Source: the human T2T-CHM13v2.0 reference genome, Homo sapiens. Taken from it: a DNA stretch of 64,000 bases. The stretch lies in the NCBI RefSeq assembly GCF_009914755.1, contig NC_060935.1. One strand, written 5' to 3'. Numbering within the stretch: the first letter of the stretch is position 1; each line of letters begins with the position of its first letter. Below are positions 26,896-40,706 of the stretch, piece after piece. The position numbers were made by a program, and so were the translations under genes. Under the pieces are notes generated by a model. The model searched no databases. It was not told the origin of the DNA and saw only the letters and a program-made list of their open reading frames with translations.

Positions 26896-29800
26896 AAGTC
26901 TTCACAATTACATATAATTACAGGTCACTAACACTTGCTAACTTGAAATAAAACATGATTTTTATTAACTGGCCATTTCCTAAGTTCCTGTGCTTTGCCA
27001 TTGTAATACAGATGTTAAAAATAAAAACACTGACTTTTCTTTTCTCTCTTTAGAAATAAAAATTAAGTTTATACTACTTTTGATTATTTGCTTACATAAA
27101 TATTACTGCCACAAGGAACTATGAATTACGATGTAGGAAAACAATTTTATATTTACAAATAGCCATGGTCTCTTAAATGCATGATACTCCTTGCCTGAAA
27201 TATACTATACCAATAAATTAAAAACCACAATTAAATAAATGCAAGATCAAAAATCATGATTTTGCATGAAATAGAGGAAAGTCATTACAAAAGTTATATT
27301 TTTAAAAATCCATTACTTTTACTTGCATTTTTCCAGCTGACACCAAAAGAGCACACTTAAGTTCAAAAGGAACTTATATAATTTTACTTTTGGATTTTGA
27401 AGTGGCACAAATCAAAAGGTCTGACTAGGAGGGCCAGATTAATGCTTTGGAGACACTACACACAGAAAATATTGTGTTGTGTTCTCTTAACCCATACAAA
27501 TCAACCTGACGCAATACAAAAGTATAAATGTAAGCCACTCAAATAATTCTAAATTTTCACCTTATGAAAACAATGATTTAAAAAAAAAATCAGCTTTTTA
27601 GTCTACTAAGTGGGTTGTCCAATGCAGAAGCAGAAGAAAACCATTTCTGGAATTGCCCCACTTGTCCTGAAATTTATACAATTTACAGATACTGTAAAAG
27701 ATTCAGCAAGTAGAGGAATGATTCAATTTGTTGGAAATGTTCTTCTCTGAGTGAGATAGAGAGCTATTGCAGGATTCAGAATTAAGATCCAGAGGGTTAA
27801 ACACAAACCAATTAACAATTAGGAGATTTTCATTATTAAACTCTCTGTCAGTGTAAGTCTAGAATTCAAACAAGTATAACTTTGATAATTTTTATTCATT
27901 TATGAATCACTCTATATTTTTTAATAATTTTAATTTGACTTTGAAAGGATTTAATATATTTCTAATTCATGTAATTGACAATGGAGAATTAATCTGAGGA
28001 AATAATTGGATTTTCTCAGGCTATCTCAGAGACACAGGTAACAGATGAAAAATTATTTTCCTTTAAATTCCTATACTTTAGCTTACTACAGAATACCTCT
28101 GATATTATGATTTGTTTCTTGTTTAAAAATTGGAAAAGTAAAATAGATTTACACATAATGTTACAGTTATCTGAACCTGGTTTTGGGTCTCCAGGGTGAC
28201 ATAAATGTCACATGAATTCATACAAGAACAGATTTTCAGTTTATTCCCCTGATGGAAAAAAATGTTAATAGATATGCCACTTTTTAACTGTTGTATTAAA
28301 ATTAATAATCATAGCCTTTTTAACTTTCTGTGTCCCAGGAGTATGGTTTACGTTGGAGTACATTCTATAAGTTGAAAAACAAAATAATAATAATTACCTA
28401 TAATGATCTCCAAATACTCATGCCTTTTGTATTAATTTACTCAGAGGAGTAATTTTGAACTAACATATACAAACACTTCGTAAACAATTAAGGAATTCTG
28501 GGAAATAAATTTAGTAAAAGCTCTCATTCTATTTGTGGCTATAAAATACACATATATACAGCACAAGATTCACATTTTTATTATCAATATTTCTCTTACT
28601 TTTACTTTCATCTACTGGAATATATGACCAGGAAACAATTGGACAGCAATTTTAAAACACTGCTATGTAAGCAGATTTATGTAAGTGATAAAAAGATACA
28701 CATACTTTTTTTGTCTTCAGTAACTTGTCTTTTAGACTAATTCATCCTCATGTATTTGCTTACTGATGTCACATGTATTTAGATTTACAAAAATTTAGAC
28801 TAAAGCAACAAAAAATACCTATTGCTTGGTTTTTTATGTTGCTTGCTAAAATATTTGCATTTTATAAATGTGTAATGAATGTATGTAATTAATATAAATT
28901 AAGTCTAAAATTTATAGACATATAGATTATATCCATCGATACAAACATGAAAATTGTGCAATAAAACATAAGAAAATGTATATACATATAGATAAATACA
29001 ATACAAAAGGAAGGAAGTAGGGAAGGAAGGATAAAGGAAGGAAGAATGGGGGTTGGGGGGACAGGAAAAATGTATTAACTCATGAATTAACCCAAGAGAA
29101 AAAAATGTAATAGTGTCAAAAAACTCACTAAACTTTCTTTGATATGGAAATTGCTCAGATGGTTTATATATGTATGGTCCCAATTTTACATATGATTAAA
29201 ATAGAATTTTCAAATCAACCTTATGAACATTTTCAAAAGGCAAATAAAATGAGATGTTATTTATTACATTTATAAGTCAAAGCAGCATAGCATTTTTCAT
29301 TTATAAACCATTGCATTTTTCATACCAATTCAAAGTGAAACATGTCAGTACTCAGACAATTTGTATTAAATTTATGGCCCACATTTCTGGATTTGTTATT
29401 TAAATTATAATTAATTTGAATCGTAATGCAGGATATAAAGTTTCTGTGGAAAAATTACTTCTGTGTTTCAAGTCAATTATTTAAAGTGTATTTCAAGTTT
29501 ATTTGTATTCTTCCTTGTCTAGTCGCCATTCTTAATAACTGTTTTGATTGATTTAAGTGTTCTTTAATACTAGGCACCAATAAGATCTATTTATTAGATG
29601 TATAACCGTGAACACACAAAAATGATTCTATTCCCTCTTGGTCAATGTACACTTTCCCTCAGGAGTATCAATAGTGATCATGGCCCTCTAAATCTCTGCT
29701 GCAGCTTCCAATGCCTTCATCTTTTCTTTTCCAAATGAGAGAGGAGTGGGCTTGAATCTACTAGCAAATCAGATGCAGTGCCTACCATGGTACACTTTGC

Positions 29801-30254
29801 ATGTAATTAGGGACCAGACCTTGTTGATAGCAAAGCCCTCTCTGCCCACACACTTCATCCTACCCTATATTATCCTATCCTATTCTGTTCTATCCTGTCC
29901 TACCTATCTGTGTACATCAGAGAAAAAACATGGATTCTTCTTCACAGCTATTATGTCAGTAGCAGAGGATAATGGGTCTAAATAATCTTAACTCATCCAC
30001 ATTAAGTTATTTAGGTAAAACAGTTCAATAAATGATGACGTAGTTCTTACTTTGTGCTAACATCAATATAAAATTATCTTTGGATTCATTTTGAACCAAA
30101 ATATACTTATTTCTTAAAATTTGAAAAATAGTAGGGTTCTAATCAATTGTGTTTTCTATTTCTTTCTCTCTCTTTTTCCTAAAGTCAGTAGTAATAAACT
30201 GCGCTTCAAATTCACTTATCTTTTGTAAAAAGAAAAGTACAAGGAGTTTTAAGT

Positions 30255-30700
30255 AGAATCACAGAATCATAGGTGTGAAAAGTTAACGTTATCTTAAGCA
30301 ATGCTTGAGCCCTGTTTGCATCATTCCAACAAAATAATCTGTCTTATACTTGAGAGGCTCTAATTACATAGAAGTCCCCATTATTCCAGGAACTCATTCC
30401 ATTGTCTGAAAACAGTAATCACCACAAAGTTCTTTCTCACAGGTGAAAATCTACCCTCTAAAGCTTCCTCTCATTTATAGCTTCATCACATAAAAACAAT
30501 TATATTCATGCTAAATTCTGCTGCCATGTGCAAGCTCCTCAAATATTTGGAGGACCTCTTTATGTCCTCTCTGGATGTTCAGTTCTCCAGGTAAATATTT
30601 CCAGTTCCCTTAACCATTCATTATAGGACATTGTTGTCCAAGTATACTCATTCCTTGTGGTCCATATAAATGTTTCTTCTCCGCATACACTCTTAATTCC
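30255..30700 (-). mobile_element. CR1/L3 LINE 3' region
   Basis: Terminal agaatcacagaatcatag repeat. ORF 30560-30760 contains TMSYNEWLRELEIF, resembling the CR1 ORF2 motif MSYEERLRELGLF. Confidence 0.8.
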
Positions 30701-31356
30701 AAATAGAGAAAAAGAAGGAAACTTCAGCATTCCTAACAAAAAGCTAACTACAGAGAACACAGTTCAATGCACCCATCACAATTGGAACAATACTTTAAGA
30801 TAATGCAATAAATGCCCGATAGAAGGACTGCAGATAATGTAATAGAAATGTGAAATATTTTACATTTTATTCCATAATTTAGCTGAGAGAGCTTCTGAAA
30901 CACTCTTTCTAGAAGTCAAAAAACAGAACTATATTTCTATTTTTCTTTTTACGTATTTCGATGTTATACCAGCATTATGCAAATGACAAGTGCATGCAAT
31001 GTAAGCAATTATTATCTTAGGGAGATTTCAGCATTGCCACTACTGTTTGCATCCTGTATTTATTATATGGTAGCACAAGTAAACTTCCAAGTAGCTACCT
31101 ATGAATAGCAAAAATAAGATCAGAACTTCAACATAATAACCACTTATTTCAGTGGAAATAACTGAAGTAACTTAAGTGACACTTCACACAAAATTTTCAG
31201 TTGCTTCAAGATGGTATCTGTAATGAATGCATTGAGGTGTAGCACGGGCGTCATTACTTTAAAGATGGAATCACTCATTGTGCCAGCTGGTGAGAATGAT
31301 CATGACTAACAGCTAGCTATCTTCCAGATTAAAGAGTCTCGTCTCCCAAGGTTGCA

Positions 31357-31485
31357 TTTTTTTTTTTTTTTTTTTTTTTTTGAGACAGTCTTGCTCTGTC
31401 ACCCAAGCTGGAGTTCAGTGCCGTGATCTCGGCTGGGTGCAACCTCCACCTCCCAGATTCAAGTGCTTCTCCTGTCTCAGCCTCC
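31357..31485 (-). mobile_element. 5'-truncated Alu (part of the right arm) with T25 tail
   Basis: Right-arm sequence only. TSD tgcatttt on both sides. Confidence 0.93.
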
Positions 31486-31639
31486 TGCATTTTCTTTTCA
31501 AGGTAACCCACATCTGATGACTGATCAATGCAGAAACATAACAACCCATCCCTTGGGTCTGGGATGATTCCCATGTATTTATTTTGAAAAACTGGAAGGT
31601 GGACTCACAACTTTCAGCAACAGGAATGACTTTAAGACC

Positions 31640-31945
31640 CAGTTTGGACATTTTAGAGGATTAATTTTGGAGGGACTAGCAGTAGCTTTTCCAAAGAGAG
31701 ACGTCTTGAAGTTAGAAGGAAATTAAGTTTGGAATTGAGAGAAGGACTAGAGTTGGACAATATATATTTTAAAAGTTTTATTAGAAATGACATTTACAAA
31801 AATGAGACTAGATGACATTTTAAAGAGAACGAGCACAAATAAAAAATGAAAGAGGTGTTACAAATGTATGGATTAAGGAGATGAAGAGTAATCGGCAGAA
31901 GAACCTGAGTTGGAATAGAAAGGTAGGCAGAAAATGAGGCAGGAT
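31640..31945 (-). mobile_element. L2 fragment
   Basis: agtttggaattgagagaaggactagagttggac...gagactagatgacatt...gtaggcagaaaatgagg. Confidence 0.6.
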
Positions 31946-32047
31946 GAGATCGTGGCCCTCCGTGTGACAATGTGAAGCCTATAGCAACAGGGCGCTATAG
32001 GCCTGCGAGAGAAGAGTGAAAGAAAGCATGGTTACCGCTGGAAAGGC

Positions 32048-32128
32048 TATTGCCTTTTTGTGTTTGTTTCTTTATTGGCCTTTTTCTGTTTGTTTCCTTA
32101 TTGGCCTTTTTGTGTTTGTTTCTTTATT
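32048..32128. repeat. 26 bp minisatellite, 3 copies
   Basis: tattggcctttttgtgtttgtttctt and variants starting at 32048, 32073 and 32099. Confidence 0.93.
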
Positions 32129-33539
32129 TTACAACATAATTTTTCACGCAGCAGAACCAATTCCCTACTGATTCAGTAGATGGGCTTTGCTTAATAATCC
32201 CTTAGATAATCATTACATTCTATCATGAGAAATCCGCCTATCTGTTGGATAGGCACCAAACATTCCAACTAACTGTGCTTTTGACTGACCAGGACTTAAA
32301 ATCTTTGGGGGCACTCCTTAAATTCTCACTACCAAATCTGCATAACAATGATCATACAGTGTTGATGTGGTGTTCTGATGAAGCTATAGTTACTTTTGTC
32401 ATTAATTAATGCTCTCTAAATACAATTTAATGATATTTTTCTTTTATATACGTGGTTGAAAATATAGATGAAATATAGCATTGATATAGACATTTTGGTA
32501 CATTCTTTTGATGAAAACATTTTGTTCTGTTTATTTTATTTCATAACACATATTTCAAATGTCCAAATGGATAAGGATGCAAAGTCTTTGTTCTACAGTT
32601 AAACATGTAATGTCATAAATTCATGGAAGAGATTTATTTTGACTCATAATAAATGAGGAAGTATCAAAAAAGACCACTTAGTGCTAGAGTTGATAATCAT
32701 TTTACTAAGGTACATAAAATCATTTGAAGTCATCGTACAAATAAGTATATTTTAGAATGACTTACAAACTATTAAGCAAATTTAAGAGATCATGATATTT
32801 GACTGGAAAAATCATGGGTAGAATGTCTTAAGTGGTTTTAAAATATGGCTATATCTCTTAAAAGGGCCTTAGGCTCTGGCAAAGTAACTAGAAATGAATT
32901 ACAGTTAATCTATGAAAGAATTTTAGTCTTAAATGTGAAATGTAAGAGGGTGCTAGCAAACTAAGAGACACTAACGTGAGGGTCTTTAGGATCCCCCTTC
33001 ACATATTTTCGTATACATTTGTGGACTATAGATGTGGCACCAAATATTTATTAATTCAACATAGTTTAAAAATACAGGTCAAATCTACTTTCCTGTACAA
33101 ACAGGTGACTTTGAATGATATTCAAGTCAGTGCACATTCTTACCAATCAACTGTGCAATTACCTTGCGCTTCGTATCTTCTGGCTCTGTACCTGACCTCA
33201 TTTGTACTGTCTTTCCCTTACATATCTAGGCAGAAAGCCTCCCTACCAACTGTACCTCGATAACAGGCCATATTCATCATGAAGTCTTGTTTTGAAATCA
33301 CAATTAAACTCCACTATGATTCCATAAAACATATGTAGTATCTTCACTATAGAAAAATCTACCTTGTGACTGGTAGGACTATTTCTTCTCCCTCTAAATA
33401 ATAAGTTCCTAATAGGCAAAGATCACCTGTATAAGGTGTGTTCCAATCTACTCACTTTCTGTTTCTTATATTATTTGATACATGCTAAGGGTGCTCAATA
33501 GATTTTTTTGTTGAATTCAATTAAAATTCGTACAAAACA

Positions 33540-33750
33540 GAGCTCCATGCTAACATACCTTTTCTAGCTGTGTGATATTATTAGGTGAGCTAGTAACTTT
33601 CTTGATCATTAGTTACCTCGTATACAGATAATGTTAAAATATCTACGTATAAATCCCATAAGGATTTCACAGTACGACAAATTTAAAATAATTATCACAG
33701 TATCATTCACATAGTAGTGGAGAATAATTCAAGAGATGTTAGTTCTCTTA
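33540..33750 (+). mobile_element. MIR SINE
   Basis: ctagctgtgtgatattattagg...agttacctcgtatacagataatg...cacatagtag. Confidence 0.6.
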
Positions 33751-33782
33751 CTGCAAAACAGCTCTTAAAATTATGATAAGGT

Positions 33783-34086
<304 letters not shown>

Positions 34087-34439
34087 TTATGATAAGCCTA
34101 ATAAAATTGTTTGCACTATATGGCCTCAATTTATCGTGTAGAGGAAATTATGTTAGAAACAAAGCTAAAAACTCTTCAACTCAAAAGAATTACTAGTGAT
34201 TTGGTAATAGAAATTCATTTACGTCTAGGTAAGTTAATCATTTCAACATGCTGATAAAGGAAAACAAAACTATTTCTGAACAATTTTATATACTCTTTGT
34301 TTTAAAAATTCTTTAACATGAGGAAAACTCTTTTGTCCTTGTGCTTCAATGCGTTATCAATAATAAAGAAGGGGCTTAATATAAAATGTATCGTTTGAAT
34401 TCAAGATTATTTGAATTTTAAAAAGGTACTTTTCTTCCA

Positions 34440-34945
34440 GCTATATAAATTGCAGAAAACTTAGGAAACACAGAAAAATATACAGCAAGAGGAACAATAT
34501 ATAATTTTTCAATTCAGGGATATGTGATACTAATGTTTTATTGTCTTTTTTATTTAGCTTATAGATTTATGATGTAGTTACACTTAAATATACGTGAGTA
34601 TGTATCTATATTGATTTATACGCACTATTGAAATTTTATCTCAGTATACAAAGTGGATATTTTCCCACATCATTAAACATTTTGGTAATGTAACATTAAT
34701 TCTTATGTGACATTTTACTATGTATTGTACCATCGCTTGATCTGTTGCCCAGTTGTTGGATATTTTCACTTTTTTTTTGAAACTGTAAAGAGAATTACGT
34801 TATATATTCTGACACATAACCATAATCTACATTTCTGATTGTTTTACTGGTTCCCAAGAAATGGATTTACCTGTATGAATATGTGAACTTTTGAGATATT
34901 ATTTTATATAGATGTATTAATATAAGTTCCTAATGTGAACTTCCT
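34440..34945 (-). mobile_element. L1ME 3' fragment
   Basis: ggatattttcccacatcattaaacat...gttgttggatatttt...ttcccaagaaatggatt. Confidence 0.6.
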
Positions 34946-34950
34946 TATCC

Positions 34951-35340
34951 AAAAGTTGATTTATGCAGGTAGAGAGTGGATGCAGGTAGAGAGTAGAATG
35001 ATAGTAGAATGATAGATACTAGAGGCTGGCAAGCGTCTGTGTGAGAGGAGTTTAGCACACAAAGAAAGATTGGTTAACAGGTACAAAAATACAGTTAGAA
35101 GAAATAAGTTCTAATGTTTAATAGCAGAGCAGGGTGATGGTTAATAGCAATGTATTGTATATTTAAAAATAGCTGGAAGCAAGGACTTGAAATGTTCGCA
35201 GCATATAGAAAGGATAAATACTCCAGATGATAGATACCCTAAATACCTTGAATCGATCATTACACAGTCTGTGTGTGTAACAAAATGTTACATGTACCCC
35301 TAAATGTATAAATATCATGTGTCAATTAAAAAGTTAAAAA
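34951..35340 (+). mobile_element. L1MA4-like 3' end
   Basis: aaaagttgatttatgcaggtagagagt...ttggttaacaggtacaaaaatacagttaga...gacttgaaatgttc...catgtacccc. Confidence 0.9.
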
Positions 35341-37372
35341 ATAGCCTTTATGACAATACAGTCTTTACTAATTTTAAATATTATTCTTTTTTTATATTTC
35401 TTTGAAGTTAGAGATTTTTTCCTAAGTTCATATGCTATTTAAATTGTTTTGTTTTTAATACTGGTATTTTGATTATCTTATGAGAGCTAATCATATATCA
35501 CTACTTAATTATATACATTAACTCTTTCTCACATTTATGGCAAAAATATTTCAGACTTTTTAATGATGGCATTTTGTGCTGTGCATTCGTTAATACTGTA
35601 TATATTTCACAGTACTGGTTTTATTTCTTTATGATTGTTTTGCCTTTATATTTTATCCTTGCTTGTATATTTTACATACATTTATAAAGTTTCTAATGAT
35701 ACCATTTGGAAATCATTTTCCAATTTTTTCTACACATATTTCTATGGATTGTATGTATTTTTTGCATTATTAGTATTATACTATACATGTTAATTTGTCG
35801 TTCTTCCACGTATGAAGTGAGCAACTTGTCCTACCATTACTTATCCAATTTCACATGACATTTTAATGTGTTATATTGAGTAAATGAACTCATAAAAATT
35901 TTTCATAATTTAACATTGAATTTTTTATCCACATACTGTACTCAGTGCTAAATTCTAAATAAAAAATACATAGTATTACTAATGTGCATTCAATGTGGCT
36001 TAAATCGCTCTTACTGGAACACATGTTAAATTAATAAAATATGGTCTTTAAGTCACTTTTCTAAGCTATACCGGTGTTTTGTATATAAATGATTGCTGTA
36101 AAATGCTGAATAGCTTTTTTTATTGCCTTACTTAATTGGTAGTCTCTTTACCTCAGTCGTGAAGTTTGAAATAGGAACTAAAAATCATTAGTTTTACCAC
36201 TTGAATGATAAAACTAAATCACAATTTTAGACAAAAAAAAAAAAAAAAACAGGACACAGCAGGAGGTCAATAAAAGGGAAAGAAAGAGTAAAACACAGTT
36301 TATTTCCAGGAAAGAAGCCGTAATTGTTACTCAGAACACATAAGGAGAGCGTGATTTTAAACATTTAGAGGAAATCACAAAAGCTTGAAGGGCCTTCCCC
36401 CAGAGGCACCTTGAAAGAATTCATGTTTCTAAAATAGGAAACATTTACCAAGACTTTGTATAAGAACAGTTTCACGCTAGTGTCAGCTTAACTAAAGCAA
36501 ATGAACTTTCTGGCCTTAATAGTCTTAATGGTCACTGTGCTACTTCTGTCAACATGGTTTGCTTTTCTTTAAAAAAGAGTATCTGTCTATCTATCTGTCT
36601 AGTATGCATATAAATATAATGTGCAATATATATATTGCACATTAATGGAAAAATAAGAAAACTTCCTCATAATATTAAGCTCCACAATTTTTAGAAAAAG
36701 AGGTACATTTTTTAATGCAAATAAATGATATGCTTCCATTGGAATTTTCCAAGATTCTTTTTCTTGTGTGATTGATTTCTGTCTGGAATAAAACTTACAT
36801 ACAATGATTCTTCTATTGTTAAAATTCGATACTTAAAAGAGATTAGAAGCCATTTTCTCCCAATGGGAATGGTCATTTTACAATAAAATATATTTTTTAT
36901 ATAATTAGAAAGACTACATATTGTTTCTCTGGCAGGTCCCCAGTCATGCTTGCTCCAATGATAACAAGATATAACAACAAAAATGACGAAAGCATTTTTT
37001 GGGAAATAAATAAAAGTGTGTATATATAGATACAGATTTAGATAGCAATCATGAAATCTGACCTTTTGATTTTTGAGGGGAATTCAACTGATTTTGGGAA
37101 AAATGACAAATTTACATATTTTCCATGTTTTAAATGGAAATAAAATTATGTTTTTTGGGACTTCTGACTAACCAAGTTTGCTTATTTGCTGTGTTTTTAT
37201 TTGTTTAACCTTTAATGAAGAGCTTTAGGAAGAAGCAGAGCAACACCTCAGTGACCATACATAAAAGGTTTTGTCATATCAATTTAAAGCAGATGAATGA
37301 TTATAAACTTTTTGAGACTGCAATAGCCTATCAGTGTGTAAACATATTCTCTTTCTTTTTAATCTTATACGA

Positions 37373-39379
37373 TTTTATTTTAAGTTCCGGGGTACAAGTG
37401 CAGGATGTGCAGGTTTGTTACACAGATAAACGTGTGCCATGGTGGTTTACTGCACCTATCAAACCATCACATAGGTATTAAGCCCCAGCATGCATTAGCC
37501 ATTATTTCTGATCCTCTCTCTCCCACCCCCTGACAAGCCCCAGTGTTTGTTCTCCTCCCTACGTCCACGTGTTCTCATTGTTTAGTTCCCACTTATAAGT
37601 GAAAACGTGTGGTGTTTGGTTTTGTGTTCCTGAGTTAGTTTGCTGAGGATAGTGGCTTCCAGCTCCATCCATGTCACTACAACAGATAGGATTTTGTTTC
37701 TTTTTATGGCTGCATAATATATCATGGTATATATGTGCCATATTTGTTTATCCAGTCTATCATTGATGGGCATTTGGGTTGATTCCATGTCTTTTCTGTT
37801 TTGAATAGTACTGCAATAAATATATGCATGCATGTATCTTTATAATAGAACAATTTATATTCCTTTGGGTATATACCCAGTAACGGAATTGCTTAGTCAA
37901 ATGGTATTTCTGGTTCTAGGTCTTTGAGGAATTGTCACACTGTCTTCTACAATGGTTGAACTAATTTGCATTCCCATCAACTGTGTAAAAGTGTTCCTGT
38001 TTCTCCTCAGCCAACATCTGCTGTTTCTTGACTTTTTAATAATCACCATTCTAACTGGCCTGATATGGTATCTCATTCTGGGTTTGATTTGCATTTCTCT
38101 AATGATCAGTGATGTTGAGCATTTTTTAATATGTTTGTTGCCTCTATAAACGTCTATTTTTGAGAAATGTCTGTCCGTGTCCTTTGCCCACTTTTTAACG
38201 GGGTTATTTGTTTTTTTCTTGTAAATTTGTTGAAGTCCCTTGTAGACTCAGGATATTAAACCTTTGTCCAATGGATAGATTGCAAAAATTTTCTCCCATT
38301 CTGTAGGTTGTCTGTTCACTCTGATGATAGTTTAATTTCCTGTGCAGAAGCTCTTTAGTTAAACTAGATCCCATTTGTCAACTTTTGTTTTGTTGCAATT
38401 GCTTTTAACATTTTTGTCATGAAATCTTTGCCTGTGCCTATGTCCTGATTAGTATTGCGTAGATTTTCTTCTAGGGTTTATATAATTTTGGGTTTTACAT
38501 TTAAGTCTTTAATCCATCTTTAGCTAATTTTTGTATTAGGTATGAGGTAGGGGTCCAATCTGAATTTTCTGCATATGGCTAGTAAGTTCTCCCAGCACTA
38601 TTTATTAAATAGGGAATCATTTCCTCATTGCTTGTTTTTGTCAGGTTTGTCGAAGATCAGCTGGTTGTAGTTGTGTGGTCTTATTTCCGAGTTCTCTATT
38701 TTGTTAAATTGGTCTAGGTGTCTGACTTTGTACCACTACCATACTGCTTTAGTTACTGTAGCCTTGTAGTATAGTTTGAGGTCAGAAAGCATGATGTCTC
38801 CAGCTTTGCTCTTTTTGCTTAGGATTGTCTTGGCTATACGGGCTCTTTGTTGGTTCCATATGAATTTTAAAATAGTTTTTCTCTAATTTGGGGAAGAATG
38901 TCAATGGTCGTTTAATGGGAATCGCACTGAATCTATAAATTATTTTGGGCTGTACAGCCATTTTCATGATATTGATTTTTTCTACCCATGAGTGTGGAAT
39001 GTTTTTTCATTTGTTTCTTTCCTCTCTTATTTCCTTGAGCAGTGGTTTGTAGTTCGCCTTGAAGAGGTCCTATCACTTCCTTTATTAGCTGTATTAGTAG
39101 GTATTTTATTCTCTTTGCAGTAATTGTGAATTGGAATTCATTCATGATTTGCCTCTCTGCTTACCTGTTGTTGGTGTATAGGAATGCCTGTCATTTTTCC
39201 ACATTGATTTTGTATCCTGAGACTTTGCTGAAGTTGCTTGTCATCTTAAGAAGCTTTTGGGTTTAGTTGAATGGAGTTTTCTAGATATTGTATCATGTCT
39301 TCTGCAAACAAAGACAATTTGACTTCCTGTCTTCCTATTCGAATGCCCTTTATTTCTTTCTCTTGCCTGATTGCCCTGG
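37373..39379 (-). mobile_element. L1PA (PA10-like) 5'-truncated, about 2.0 kb
   Basis: ORF2 C-terminal remnants in ORFs 37582-37833, 37897-38094 and 38782-39145. TSD atcttatacgatttta (37362-37377) vs atcttaaactatttta (39380-39395). Confidence 0.96.
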
Positions 39380-40375
39380 ATCTTAAACTATTTTAAGTTA
39401 ATGAGGGATGTAAATATTTTATAATTTCAATTAGTAATTGGTAACTGCCAAAATGTCAGAGTGCTAATCTGGGATGAACTGAAATTAACGTATACTTATC
39501 TCTATGATCTAATAACTTTGGCTTGTCTCTTATATTTCTGTTATTCCCTACATGATTTCCCAATTGAATTCATCAAAAACCGAGCTTCTACTTTGTGTCA
39601 ATTTTTGTTTCTATGATAAGGGAATAAAGAATATGTTAAACATATAAAATGAAGACAATGTGAACCTTTAAAGAAATAGGAACTAGCATATTTTATGGGT
39701 GCACAAATGCAGAATGCTTTGTTCAGCCGAGGAGAGGTTAGTAGAAAAATAGTTCCTGAAGAATCATCTTCAAGTCAATGTTTTGTTTTGCTTACCTGTA
39801 GCGGGCCTTCAAGGCTTCTTTCCCTCAGGCTACATGGCTGCATTTAATTTCAAACAGCATAAACAAAAGTCCTTTATAGTGCTTTGTCACAGCTGAATTG
39901 AATTATCCTAGATAAGACTTCTCAAACCCAGATAAATATGCCATTCACTTGGTGCTAAGGAATAATTATTCAGTGATTTCATATAAAGTTGCTTTTTCTC
40001 TTAACTTTCTTGTAGCCAGTGAAAATCCCATAACAAGGGACTTCCAATTTGAAACAACAACAACAACTAATAAATGAAAACATTTTCAAAAGCATATTAT
40101 GTGTGGAAATACTGGGGTGTTATTGAGTGATTTAGGAGGCACACAGGTACAAATAACATACTGGTATAAATTGTAGAATGATGTTTCAGATATCGTCAAA
40201 TAATAATATTCTTTGTTTATATATGGTGACGTTTCTTGATTCTTGTATTCTGTATAATGTGCCCAGAGTTAATAGACAAAATATTGAGTTGGGTCATGAT
40301 CAATTAGTAAAATGGTGTTGTGAATAAAATATACATTTAAATTTTAATCGTATGTGTATTAAATAATTTGTTTTA

Positions 40376-40700
<325 letters not shown>

Positions 40701-40706
40701 CTATAG

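Noticed and set aside
32048-32128. Short direct repeats considered as a CRISPR-like array (also 16401-16532)
   Set aside because: Head-to-tail repeats without unique spacers, in primate DNA with no cas genes.
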